Of a stretch of DNA of 64,000 nucleotides, positions 10,169 to 19,148 are shown piece after piece (the first letter of the stretch is position 1; every line of letters begins with the position of its first letter). The position numbers and the translations under genes were made by a program. This DNA is from Actinomycetes bacterium (GTDB lineage Bacteria > Actinomycetota > Acidimicrobiia > Acidimicrobiales > RAAP-2), in the NCBI GenBank assembly GCA_021810205.1, contig JAJZJC010000001.1, forward strand, positions 8,533-72,532. Direction: 5' to 3'. The notes under the pieces are model-generated. The model worked only from the letters and a program-made list of their open reading frames with translations, was not told the DNA's origin and made no database searches.

Positions 10169-11376
10169 GCGCCCTTCCCCCCACTCGATGGTGCCGCCGA
10201 ACCGGCCACCGCTCCGAGAATGTTGGTGATGCTCGACGGTCCTCCTGTGCCTGTCCCGCCGAACGATGTGCCAGCGCCGCTCGAGCCCCCCAGGCCGCTG
10301 GGGCTGGACGGCAGGCCGAGTGACGGGAGGGGCCCGCCGCCCCCGGGCCCCGAGCCGGCCGGCGGGTGTGTCGACTTGTCGAAGGAGCACAGCGTCTGGT
10401 TTGCCAGGCAGTTGTAGACGGTCTGGACCTGGAACCACTGCCCGTACGAGGAGATCTCGACGTATGGGGCGAGACCGGAACCGAGGGTGGCGAGGCTCTG
10501 GGCAAGTTGGGCCTGGTGCGCGACGATGGTCGCGGTCGCCGTGTTCAAGTCGTCGATGGTCGAGGTCAGGGTGGAATGGTTCTGCCCGATGAGCTTGGCC
10601 ATGTCGCCAGCCACAGTCGAGAGGTTGGACACGACCGCATCGAGGAGCGTGTTGCGCGACGCCAGCGACGCGGCCACGCGCTGGAGGTTCGCCACGAGAG
10701 TGCCGACGTCGCCGCTTCGTTGGGCGATCGCGCTGAGCACCCGGTCGAGGCTGTTGATGACACTGCCAACCTGGGAGTCGAGTGCCCCGACGGTGGTGGA
10801 TAGCTTGGCGCCGCTGTTGATGAGCTGGTCGATCTCAGCGGTATCGCCATTGATGGCGCCGGACACATTCGCTACGAACGCATTCGCCTCGCTCGGCCGG
10901 ATTGCCTGGAGGAGCGGTCCCAGGGAATTCAAGAAGGCATTCACCGAGGCGTCGCTCACGTCGTGGCTGAGCGGGATCGTCGCCCCTGCGGAAAGGATGC
11001 GACCGCGTGGAGAGGGATAGAGATAGACATCCTTCTGGCCGATCACGTTCTTCCAGCGAAGTCCCACGTCGGTCCCGGCGTGGAGCGCCACGCTGTTGTC
11101 GACGCTCAAGCCGACGAGCGCGTGTCCTCGCTGCACCGCGATGGACGACACTTGCCCGACCTGTACCCCTGCCACATCGACGGGTGTGCCGGTCGCGAGC
11201 CCAGTGACGTCTGCGAGCTGCGCGTACACCGTGTGGCGCGAAGAGAACAGCGACAGGTTCCCGACTCGCATCGCGAGCACGACCATCAACACGATGCAGG
11301 CCAGCGCGAAGGCGAGGAACTTCCACACCGTCGCGCGCACCCTGGTGAGCCGGAACCTCGGGACTCGCAGCGTCAT
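10165..11376 (-). CDS. Mce family protein (MceB position)
   Basis: ATG at 11376 overlaps the mceA stop (ATGA). TM segment plus Mce domain (HTVYAQLADVTGLATGTPVDVAGVQVGQV). Gly/Ser-rich tail. Confidence 0.85.
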   Translation of the reverse strand: MTLRVPRFRLTRVRATVWKFLAFALACIVLMVVLAMRVGNLSLFSSRHTVYAQLADVTGLATGTPVDVAGVQVGQVSSIAVQRGHALVGLSVDNSVALHAGTDVGLRWKNVIGQKDVYLYPSPRGRILSAGATIPLSHDVSDASVNAFLNSLGPLLQAIRPSEANAFVANVSGAINGDTAEIDQLINSGAKLSTTVGALDSQVGSVINSLDRVLSAIAQRSGDVGTLVANLQRVAASLASRNTLLDAVVSNLSTVAGDMAKLIGQNHSTLTSTIDDLNTATATIVAHQAQLAQSLATLGSGLAPYVEISSYGQWFQVQTVYNCLANQTLCSFDKSTHPPAGSGPGGGGPLPSLGLPSSPSGLGGSSGAGTSFGGTGTGGPSSITNILGAVAGSAAPSSGGKGA

Positions 11377-12668
11377 GGGACTCCTCCAAGGAGCGAGCCG
11401 ATGTAGGAGCCGATCGAGGCCCTCTTCGAGGCCGAGGGCTTTCCCAAGATGCCGTACAGCGCTGTGGTGAGCTTCTGGGCTGCCCTCGAGATCGATGTGA
11501 CCGCGGTGGGCGCCGTAGAGGACGGGGCGGGCGTCGTGGCTGGGGAGACCTGGGTCGCGGGTTGCTGCTGCGCTGCGTCGAATTGGGCGAGCTGCGTGCG
11601 GCATGTGAAGGCCGAGCCGGCACCGGCAAGCGCCTGCTGGAGTGGCTCGAGGTAGGAGAGCCCAGGCGTCGGCGGTGCGACGAGGTCGCAGACGAGCTGG
11701 TTCACATCTGTGAACATCACGAAGGTCGTGAAGTAGATGAAGTGGCTGCCTGTGGGGAGCGTCTCCTGGCTCTTGGCGCTGGCAACCTTGTACGCGTAGC
11801 GGTACGCACCGTCGATCACCTGGCCGAGCTCTGTCTGCTGGGCGACCAGCACGCGGGCAGGGTTCGCGCCGTCGGACAACAGCGTGTCGATTGTCGGGTG
11901 GTAGTCGGCGAGCAGGCGAGCGAGCTCGCTCGAGAACGATGTGAGGTTCGCAAGCAACGTGCCGTACGCGGCGGCCTCCTTGTTGAATGCCGGCAGGGCG
12001 ACGTTCTCCTCACGCGAGATGCCGTTCAACGATGTGCCGTCAGGTGCGAGCGAGGCGGTGAACCTGGAGAACGAGTCGAGCGCCGAGAGCTGCGCGGCGA
12101 GCGTCCGGTCGAAGTAGGCGGCCAAGCTCGCACCTGCGTTCACCGACGCCTTTATGCGTGGCCCCTCGCCGTTCGACGCCTGGGCGAGCTCGCCGACGAC
12201 AGTCGCCAGGCTCTGCTTGTCGATCTTGGACAGGAGGGGACCCGCAGCTGTGAAGAGGTTGCCCAGCTCGTCGGAGGTCGAGGTGTCAGCGAGCACCGCA
12301 CCTGGCGCGAGGTGCCGACCGTGGCTCGGTCCCGTGACGGCCAGTGTCACTTGCTCGGCGCCGAAGAGGTTCACCGGTGCGATCGTCGCCTTGACGGCGG
12401 CGGGCACTTTGAACGACGGGGAGATGAGGAGTGTCACCTTCGCCCGCGTGCCCGACAGCGAGATGGTCGAGACCCTGCCGACCTGCACCCCGCGGTAGAC
12501 GACCTCCGACCCGGGCTGCAGCCCCTCCCCCGCCCGGGGGAAGTAACCGGTCAGCAGGTAATCGCCTGCGTAGTCGCCGTTGGCGGCGCGTACCGACACG
12601 ATGGTGACGAGCACCGCTACACCAAGCACGGCGAGCGCCACCGTCGCGTGCAGCAGTCGCCGGCTCAT
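11373..12668 (-). CDS. Mce family protein (MceA position)
   Basis: TM segment plus Mce domain (YLLTGYFPRAGEGLQPGSEVVYRGVQVGRV). The start overlaps the yrbEB stop. Confidence 0.9.
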   Translation of the reverse strand: MSRRLLHATVALAVLGVAVLVTIVSVRAANGDYAGDYLLTGYFPRAGEGLQPGSEVVYRGVQVGRVSTISLSGTRAKVTLLISPSFKVPAAVKATIAPVNLFGAEQVTLAVTGPSHGRHLAPGAVLADTSTSDELGNLFTAAGPLLSKIDKQSLATVVGELAQASNGEGPRIKASVNAGASLAAYFDRTLAAQLSALDSFSRFTASLAPDGTSLNGISREENVALPAFNKEAAAYGTLLANLTSFSSELARLLADYHPTIDTLLSDGANPARVLVAQQTELGQVIDGAYRYAYKVASAKSQETLPTGSHFIYFTTFVMFTDVNQLVCDLVAPPTPGLSYLEPLQQALAGAGSAFTCRTQLAQFDAAQQQPATQVSPATTPAPSSTAPTAVTSISRAAQKLTTALYGILGKPSASKRASIGSYIGSLLGGVP

Positions 12669-13561
12669 CCCACCAACCTCGCGGTGACGTTGATCCCGCC
12701 GAACATGACCATGGAGAGGAAGAGGTTCAACAAGACGATGACGATGATCGACAGCCGTATGGCCCGACCGGCCGCCACACCCACACCTGCGGGACCGCCT
12801 TTGGCGTTGTAGCCGTAGTAGCAGTGGATGAGGGTGACGACGACGGCGAACACCATCGCCTTCACGAACGAGAACGCGATGTCGATCGGCGGGAGAAAGA
12901 GCTGGAAGTAGTGTTGGTAGGTCCCCGTCGACAGGTGGAAGAACTTCGTGACGATCAGCTCGGTGGCAAGGTAGCTGGAGAACAGCGCCGCGAGGTAGAG
13001 GGGGATCATCGTGATGAGAGCAGCCCAGACGCGAGTAGCGACCAGATAGACGATGCTGCTCACGCCCATGACCTCGAGGGCGTCAACCTCCTCGGAGATC
13101 CGCATGGCCCCGAGCTGCGCGGTGAACCCGGCACCCACTTGTGCAGCGAGGGCAACACCGGCGACGAGCGGGGTGATCTCCCGGGTGTTGGCGAGCGAGG
13201 AGATCACACCCGTGAATGCCTGTGCCCCGATCTGGGAGAGGCCCGTGAACCCTTCGAGCCCCACCTCGGTGCCGGTGAAGAACGAGATGCTCATCACCAC
13301 GAAGAACATCCCACCGCCCACGACCAGGGCACCGGGCCCGATCGCGATGTCCGACATGAGCAGGGCGATCTCGCGCGGATAGCGCAGCGCCTTCGGCATC
13401 GCGCGAATGATGCGGACGTAGAAGCGCAAGTGGTCGTAGAGGTCATCAAAGGGCCCGAGCGACGCCGACAGCGTGGAGGCGACCACGCCACCATCCACGC
13501 CACCGTCGCGTCGGTCACGACGGGGCGGGGTCGGGCGGGTGGACAGCTCGGTGGTCGCCAT
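12665..13561 (-). CDS. MlaE/YrbE-family ABC permease (YrbEB position)
   Basis: ATG at 13561 overlaps the yrbEA stop (TGATG). Permease motifs TREITPLVAGVALAAQVGAGFTAQLGAMRISEEVDALEVMGV are present. Confidence 0.9.
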   Translation of the reverse strand: MATTELSTRPTPPRRDRRDGGVDGGVVASTLSASLGPFDDLYDHLRFYVRIIRAMPKALRYPREIALLMSDIAIGPGALVVGGGMFFVVMSISFFTGTEVGLEGFTGLSQIGAQAFTGVISSLANTREITPLVAGVALAAQVGAGFTAQLGAMRISEEVDALEVMGVSSIVYLVATRVWAALITMIPLYLAALFSSYLATELIVTKFFHLSTGTYQHYFQLFLPPIDIAFSFVKAMVFAVVVTLIHCYYGYNAKGGPAGVGVAAGRAIRLSIIVIVLLNLFLSMVMFGGINVTARLVG

Positions 13562-14445
13562 CACAGTGCCTTCTGGGGGATGAAGTTGAAATAGAAGATC
13601 GTGAGCACGAAGTTCACGAAGAAAGCGAGGATGAAGGTCACCACCACGGCCTGGTTCACCGCATCGCCAACGCCTTTCGGCCCACCCTTGGCGTACATTC
13701 CCTTGTAGCAGGCGACCATCGCGGCAAGGAATCCGAAGATCGCCGCCTTGAAGAGTGCGATCCCGAGGTCTGCAAGCTGGGCCAGCTCCGAGAAGGTGGC
13801 GAAGAAGCTGCTGACGGTGACGTGCACCGCGGCCACGCCGAAGTAGAGGCCCCCGGCGATCCCCGCCACGCTGACGACGGCATCGAGCAGGAAAGCCACC
13901 ACCATCGCCGCCAGGAGCCTCGGTAGGACGAGCCGGTGGATGGGATTGATCCCCATCACCTCCATCGCTGAGATCTCTGTACGTATCCGGCGTGACCCGA
14001 GGTCCGCGCACATCGCCGATCCACCCGCGCCGGCGATGAGCAGCGCGGTGGCGACTGGCGCCTGCTCCCGGACGACGGCGAGCACCATGGCGGCACCGAG
14101 CTGGGATTGCGCCCCGATCTGGGAGAGCAGCGACCCGACCTCGAGCGCGATCACCATGCCGAAGGGGATCGACACGAGGATCAGCGGCAGCGTGGTCACC
14201 CGGGCGAGGAACCAACACTGGTCGAAGAACTCTCCCACCGGAAGGCCCCGGACGAAGAGCTGACGCATCGCCTCCATCGCGACAGCGAACATGCGGCCGG
14301 TCTCGCGCAGGGCACCCGCCACCTTGCCGTCCGAGCGCGCCGGTCGGAGCGGCGCGCGGGGCATGACCGCGGTAGGGTCTGGATGCAACGCGCGAGAGGT
14401 TCTTCCTACCCCTGTCGGTCCTGCGCTCGGACCCACACCGTTCAC
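13561..14445 (-). CDS. MlaE/YrbE-family ABC permease (YrbEA position)
   Basis: REQAPVATALLIAGAGGSAMCADLGSRRIRTEISAMEVMGINP is the MlaE signature. GTG at 14445 is preceded by GGGGGA. Alternative ATG at 14364. Confidence 0.85.
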   Translation of the reverse strand: MNGVGPSAGPTGVGRTSRALHPDPTAVMPRAPLRPARSDGKVAGALRETGRMFAVAMEAMRQLFVRGLPVGEFFDQCWFLARVTTLPLILVSIPFGMVIALEVGSLLSQIGAQSQLGAAMVLAVVREQAPVATALLIAGAGGSAMCADLGSRRIRTEISAMEVMGINPIHRLVLPRLLAAMVVAFLLDAVVSVAGIAGGLYFGVAAVHVTVSSFFATFSELAQLADLGIALFKAAIFGFLAAMVACYKGMYAKGGPKGVGDAVNQAVVVTFILAFFVNFVLTIFYFNFIPQKAL

Positions 14446-14656
14446 CAGGCGTTCCCCCTACTTCACGGCAGTTGGGCCACAAATTGCCCAACGCCGAGTG
14501 AAACGATGCTGAGTCGCCCCTCTTACGCTCGCCTGCGCGCGCCCGCCATTTCCCCCGTGCGTTCCCCCCACGTTTCCCCGCCGGGCCGACAAGATGGACG
14601 GGGGCGACCCCCGGCATGATGCAGGTCGGGCCTGGGTACGGTCCGTCCCGCGGCCT

Positions 14657-14710
14657 ACTGGCCGGTCGCCCACTGGTCGGTCGCCCACTGGCCGGTCGCC
14701 CACTGGTCGG
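14657..14710. repeat. 15-bp tandem repeat, about 3.6 copies, in the yrbEA/mceG divergent intergenic region
   Basis: ACTGG(C/T)CGGTCGCCC repeats at 14657, 14672 and 14687, with a partial copy at 14702. Confidence 0.9.
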
Positions 14711-14960
14711 GCACGGTCCGCAGGGCGAGCTGGACCGTAAGGCGGTACTGGTCGACGAGTTGTCCTGGATGGTGGCGATAAGCCTTTGGGGGAGAAGAAG
14801 GGTGGCACCGGAGGACCAGAGCCGGACCTCTCGCGCAGAGCCGGGCGCGTCAGCGGGCCCGGCAGCGGTCGTGCAGGATCTGCCGGCCGCAACCGCTCGC
14901 GATGTCTCGGGGGAGCACCAGGCAACTCGAACGGCGGCGGCGAAGGCACAGCCGACTGGG

Positions 14961-16238
14961 ATGCGGGCGGCCGGGGAGCCGACCGCAGAGATGCCTACGG
15001 TGACCGGCGTCCACCTGGACGAGCCGGAAGCGCCGCGTGCATGGGTGGCGCCGGGCGAGCCGATCATCTCGCTCCGGGGGGTGACCAAGTCCTTCGGCAC
15101 GCACACCGTGCTCGAAGACGTCTCTTTCGACGTGCCCAAGGGCCGCACCACGGCAATCCTCGGACCCTCGGGGACCGGCAAGTCGGTCCTCTTGAAGAAC
15201 ATCCTGGGCTTGCTCACGCCAGATCGCGGCGAGATCTGGGTGGACGGCGACCAGATTGTCGGCATGCGCGAACGGAAGCTCTACGACGTGCGAAGGAAGT
15301 TCGGCGTGCTCTTCCAAGACGGGGCGCTGTTCGGCTCGATGACGCTCTACGACAACATCGCCTTTCCTCTGCGAGAGCACACCCGCAAGAGTGAGCGGGA
15401 GATACGGGAGATCGTGCTGCGCAACGCCGAGCTCGTCGGTCTCGTGTCCCACCTGAAGAAGCTGCCGGGTGAGGTCTCTGGCGGCATGAAGAAGCGCGCC
15501 GGTCTCGCGAGGGCGATGGTAACCGACCCTGAGATCGTGCTCTTCGACGAGCCCGACTCCGGACTCGACCCGGTGCGGGTCGCCTATCTCGACGACCTCG
15601 TCACGACTGTCCAGCGAGAGACGGGAGCCACGTTCTTCGTCATCACCCACAACATCGCCTCCGTCAAGCGGATCGCGGACTATATGGGCATCCTCTTTCG
15701 TTCTCGCCTCGTAAAGTTCGCGAGCAAGCAAGAGATGATGGCGTCCGACGACCCCATCATCCAGCAGTTCCTCGCAGGCAAGGCAGAGGGTCCGATTGGC
15801 ATGGACGAGATGGCGGACGACACAGAACCGAGCGGGCAGCGGTTCGGTACGCTCGAGTCGCGCACGCAGCCAGCGACTTCGAGCAGCCCAACGGTGCGGG
15901 TCACGGCCGCCGACCGTGCGACATCTGGCATTGCGCCTTGTGGATCTCCAGCTGCCGGACATCCACAAGGCGACTTCCCGGTCATCATCCCGATCCCGAG
16001 CCCAGACACGACCGACCAGCCGGCATCCCTGCCGATCACCGCCGCGCTGGCTGCGGCAAGGGAGACATCGCGGCAGAGGCGGTCGAGGAGCGACGAGCCC
16101 GGCGACGGCATCCAAGGCAATGCAGCGCCGGCCGCCGACGGCGCTGCGTCACACCCGTCGACCTGGAGTCACCCGCGACGCTACGTGTCGACACCGTGGC
16201 AACACGAGCCGCCGGGCACATCGTCTCACAGCTCGTAG
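14961..16238 (+). CDS. Mce/Mla-type ABC ATPase (MceG/Mkl-like) with about 170 aa of low-complexity C-terminal extension
   Basis: Walker A GPSGTGKS, signature VSGGMKKRAGLARA, Walker B ILFDEPDSGLD, and QQFL..GK..GPIGM typical of Mkl. Start is uncertain (ATG 14961, ATG 14991 or GTG 15045). Confidence 0.85.
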   Translation: MRAAGEPTAEMPTVTGVHLDEPEAPRAWVAPGEPIISLRGVTKSFGTHTVLEDVSFDVPKGRTTAILGPSGTGKSVLLKNILGLLTPDRGEIWVDGDQIVGMRERKLYDVRRKFGVLFQDGALFGSMTLYDNIAFPLREHTRKSEREIREIVLRNAELVGLVSHLKKLPGEVSGGMKKRAGLARAMVTDPEIVLFDEPDSGLDPVRVAYLDDLVTTVQRETGATFFVITHNIASVKRIADYMGILFRSRLVKFASKQEMMASDDPIIQQFLAGKAEGPIGMDEMADDTEPSGQRFGTLESRTQPATSSSPTVRVTAADRATSGIAPCGSPAAGHPQGDFPVIIPIPSPDTTDQPASLPITAALAAARETSRQRRSRSDEPGDGIQGNAAPAADGAASHPSTWSHPRRYVSTPWQHEPPGTSSHSS

Positions 16239-17905
16239 TACTCGCCGGTGCGGCGATGTACCGTCACCGCCGCCACGAGGGCGCCGACGGCGAGCAGTCC
16301 ACCGGCGATGTCGAAGGAAAGGTGCAGCCCGGACCCGAATGCCGCATAGGCCGCGTGCACGACGCGCGTCGCGAGGTGCGCGACGTGCACTGTGTGGCTG
16401 TGCTCGGCCTTCGCCGCCGCACCTGAGCTCAGCCCCCCGTTCGAGACGGCGGAGATCACGAGACTCTGGAAGCTCGGCGGGATGCCGAGCGCCTTCAGTC
16501 GAAGGGCAAGCTCTCCGGTCAGCTTGGAGTCGACAACCGCGCCGAGCACAGCCACACCGACCACGGCACCGAGCTCCCGGCTCGTGTTCGTCGCCGACGC
16601 CGCCATCCCCGAACGCGCCGGTGGGACGACGGTCAGTGCCGCCGAGGTGACGGGGACGAGGGCAATGCCAAATCCGAGGCCGGCGATGGGCAGCGTCCAA
16701 CCGAGCGTGCCGATGCCTGAGTGGGGTCCCAACGTCGCACTCGTGGCGAAGATGCCGCCTGCAGCCAGCGCACAGCCGAGGACCATCGGCCAGCGCGCGC
16801 CGACGCGCGCCACCCACGGTCCAGTCAGCGCCGAGCCCAGCACCAGCGCGACGGCCATCGGCAGGAAGTCGAGCGCCGTCTGGTACGCGGACTGCGCGAT
16901 CACCACCTGCACGTAGAGCGCGGTGAAGAAGAAGATCGAGAACGTTCCGAAGAACGTCGCGAAGGCGACGAAGTTGGAGCCGAGGAATGGTGGCTTGCGG
17001 AACAGGCCTACGTCGAGCATCGGGCTCGGGCTCTTGCGTTCGTGCTGCAAGAAGGCGATCGTGAAGAGGACCGCTAGCCCGAACAACGCGTCGATCCACC
17101 ACGTGGCATAGCCGGAGATCTCTCCATCGATGATCGCGAACGACGCTGAACCGAGCGCGACGCCACCGAGGACCAGCCCCAGCCAGTCGAACGTCCGTCC
17201 TTCAGGATCCGACGACTCGGGCACGAAGGCGAGCGCCATGGCGAACGCGAGGAGCCCGAACGCGAGGTTGAACCAGAAGATCGCTCGCCAGCTCGCGGCG
17301 CCAACGAGCGCGCCCGCGATGACGGGCCCGAGGGCGAGCGACAAGCCGGACACCGCCGCCCAGACTCCGAGCGCGTCGGCACGCGTGGCCCGGTCGGGGT
17401 AGACGTGGCGGATCACCGACAACGTGCCCGGCTCTGATGCCGCCGCACCGACGCCCATGATCACCCGCCCGGCGATCAACCAGCCCGAGCTCGGTGCCGT
17501 GGCGCACACCACGGAGCCGGCACAGAAGATTGCGACGCCCGTGAGCATCGTCTTCTTGCGACCGAGCACATCGCCCATGGTGCCGGCGGCGAGCATGAAC
17601 GTCGCAAAGGTGAGCGCGTACCCGTCGACAACCCACTGCAGGGAGGTCACGCCCGCGTGCAGGGAGCTCTGGATGTCGGCCAGGCCGACGCTCACCACCG
17701 TGTTGTCGAGGAAGGTCAGGAAGAGGACGACGCACAACGTCGCGAGCGCGGCCGCCTGTGCCGGCGAGCCGAGCCCGCCGGTGCGCACCTCGAAGTCACG
17801 TCGAGCGGCGCTTGCCGGGACTGTCGCCGCTTGAGCAGGGTGAAGGGAACGTGCCACGGTGCCACCGTTGGCACCGTGGCCACGCAGAGTGGCACGCAGC
17901 CTCAT
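16226..17905 (-). CDS. MFS transporter, 14-TMS drug:H+ antiporter (EmrB/QacA) type
   Basis: LDNTVVSVGLADI, GTMGDVLGRKK (motif A-like) and many TM segments. Start MRLRATL at 17905. Confidence 0.9.
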   Translation of the reverse strand: MRLRATLRGHGANGGTVARSLHPAQAATVPASAARRDFEVRTGGLGSPAQAAALATLCVVLFLTFLDNTVVSVGLADIQSSLHAGVTSLQWVVDGYALTFATFMLAAGTMGDVLGRKKTMLTGVAIFCAGSVVCATAPSSGWLIAGRVIMGVGAAASEPGTLSVIRHVYPDRATRADALGVWAAVSGLSLALGPVIAGALVGAASWRAIFWFNLAFGLLAFAMALAFVPESSDPEGRTFDWLGLVLGGVALGSASFAIIDGEISGYATWWIDALFGLAVLFTIAFLQHERKSPSPMLDVGLFRKPPFLGSNFVAFATFFGTFSIFFFTALYVQVVIAQSAYQTALDFLPMAVALVLGSALTGPWVARVGARWPMVLGCALAAGGIFATSATLGPHSGIGTLGWTLPIAGLGFGIALVPVTSAALTVVPPARSGMAASATNTSRELGAVVGVAVLGAVVDSKLTGELALRLKALGIPPSFQSLVISAVSNGGLSSGAAAKAEHSHTVHVAHLATRVVHAAYAAFGSGLHLSFDIAGGLLAVGALVAAVTVHRRTGEYYEL

Positions 17906-18128
17906 CGCTTCCACCCGCGCTCTCGCATTGCAACTACGGTACCGTCGACGATCGAATTCGATGCACGCTCGAGGACGCGTTCCACCCGTCGAGTGCGCGC
18001 AAGGATTTGGACCCTCCCCCGTCGTCGAACATGGCGCCGCGGGATCGGCGAGGAGCGCGGCGCGGGCACTCACCCGCCGAGCCCCATACGAGTAAACGAA
18101 CGTTCGACTGCTGAGCGCGGTCGCCCGC

Positions 18129-19007
18129 TCAGGCCGCGGCCTCGAGTGCCTTCATCTCGTCGTCGCCGAGCTGCACGAGCGCCGCGGCGGTGTTGTCCTC
18201 CAGATGCGCCACCGTTGAGGTACCGGGGATCGGCAACATGACCGGAGAGCGGTGGAGGAGCCACGCGAGCGCCAGCTGTGACGGCGTCGCGCCACGCCCC
18301 CGGGCGATCTCGTCGAGCGGGCCGCCCGGCTCGGCAAGCTTGCCGGTTGCAAGGGGGAACCACGGTATGAAGGCGATCTGGTGGGCCTCGGCGTAGTCGA
18401 GCACTGGCTCGGCAGCGCGATCCGCGAGGTTGAACCGGTTCTGGACGGAGACGATCGGCACGATCCGCTGGGCCTGCTCGAGCTCGTCGACGTTCACCTC
18501 GCTCAACCCGATATGACGGATCTTGCCTTCTTCCTGGAGCCGCTTCAGCTCTCCCAACTGGTCCTCGAGCGGCACATCGGGATCGATGCGATGAAGCTGG
18601 AAGAGGTCGATGCGCTCGAGCCCCAAGTGACGGAGGCTCAGCTCGAGCTCCTGGCGGAGATAGGCGGGGCGTCCGACGGGCGTCCACTTACCAGGACCCT
18701 GACGGGTGAGCCCGGCCTTGGTCGCGATCACGAGTCCCTCGGGGTACGGGTGGAGTGCCTCACGAATCAATCGTTCGCTGACAAAGGGTCCGTAGGAATC
18801 TGCCGTGTCGATGAAGTCGATGCCGAGCTCGACGGCCCGTCGCAGCACGCGCAGGCACTCGTCACGGTCCTTCGGCTCGCCCCAGACCCCTTCTCCCGTG
18901 AGCTGCATCGCCCCGAACCCGAGCCGATGCACCTCCAGGTCGTCGCCGAGGCGGAACGTACCCGACGCGGTCGCTGGTCGTGTGGAAGAAGCCATGGAAG
19001 AAGCCAT
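18129..19007 (-). CDS. Aldo/keto reductase
   Basis: [10 protein letters not shown]....[34 protein letters not shown] and HIGLSEV are AKR motifs. The N-terminus contains a 12-bp duplication (MASSMASS), so the start may be 18995. Confidence 0.9.
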   Translation of the reverse strand: MASSMASSTRPATASGTFRLGDDLEVHRLGFGAMQLTGEGVWGEPKDRDECLRVLRRAVELGIDFIDTADSYGPFVSERLIREALHPYPEGLVIATKAGLTRQGPGKWTPVGRPAYLRQELELSLRHLGLERIDLFQLHRIDPDVPLEDQLGELKRLQEEGKIRHIGLSEVNVDELEQAQRIVPIVSVQNRFNLADRAAEPVLDYAEAHQIAFIPWFPLATGKLAEPGGPLDEIARGRGATPSQLALAWLLHRSPVMLPIPGTSTVAHLEDNTAAALVQLGDDEMKALEAAA

Positions 19008-19069
19008 GCACCCCTTCTACCCGTTCGCTCCGCGTCATGCGCGCGGCGACGCACGGGCCATCCGCTCCC

Positions 19070-19137
19070 GTGGTGCCCAGCCACGAGTGGTGCCCAGCCA
19101 CGAGTGGTGCCCGGGCGCCAGTGGTGCCCGGGTCGTA
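19070..19137. repeat. 17-bp tandem repeat x4 (core GTGGTGCCC) immediately upstream of add
   Basis: GTGGTGCCCAGCCACGA x2, then GTGGTGCCCGGGCGCCA and GTGGTGCCCGGGTCGTA. The array ends 11 nt before the add ATG. Confidence 0.9.
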
Positions 19138-19148
19138 CGCTGCTCGCC

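Noticed and set aside
12665-15265. 866-aa ORF as a single giant protein.
   Set aside because: Only the last 298 codons look like a protein (the YrbEB permease). The upstream part is Arg/Pro-rich read-through that overlaps yrbEA in another frame and runs across the intergenic region. This is a typical high-GC artefact.
14850-16115. Long antisense ORFs opposite real genes (for example 14850..16115, 418..1392, 7189..8901, 21069..22190, 33620..35236, 28..., all on the minus or opposite strand).
   Set aside because: Their translations are low-complexity Arg/Pro/Gly/Ala-rich with no motifs. Each is fully shadowed by a gene with clear family signatures on the other strand.
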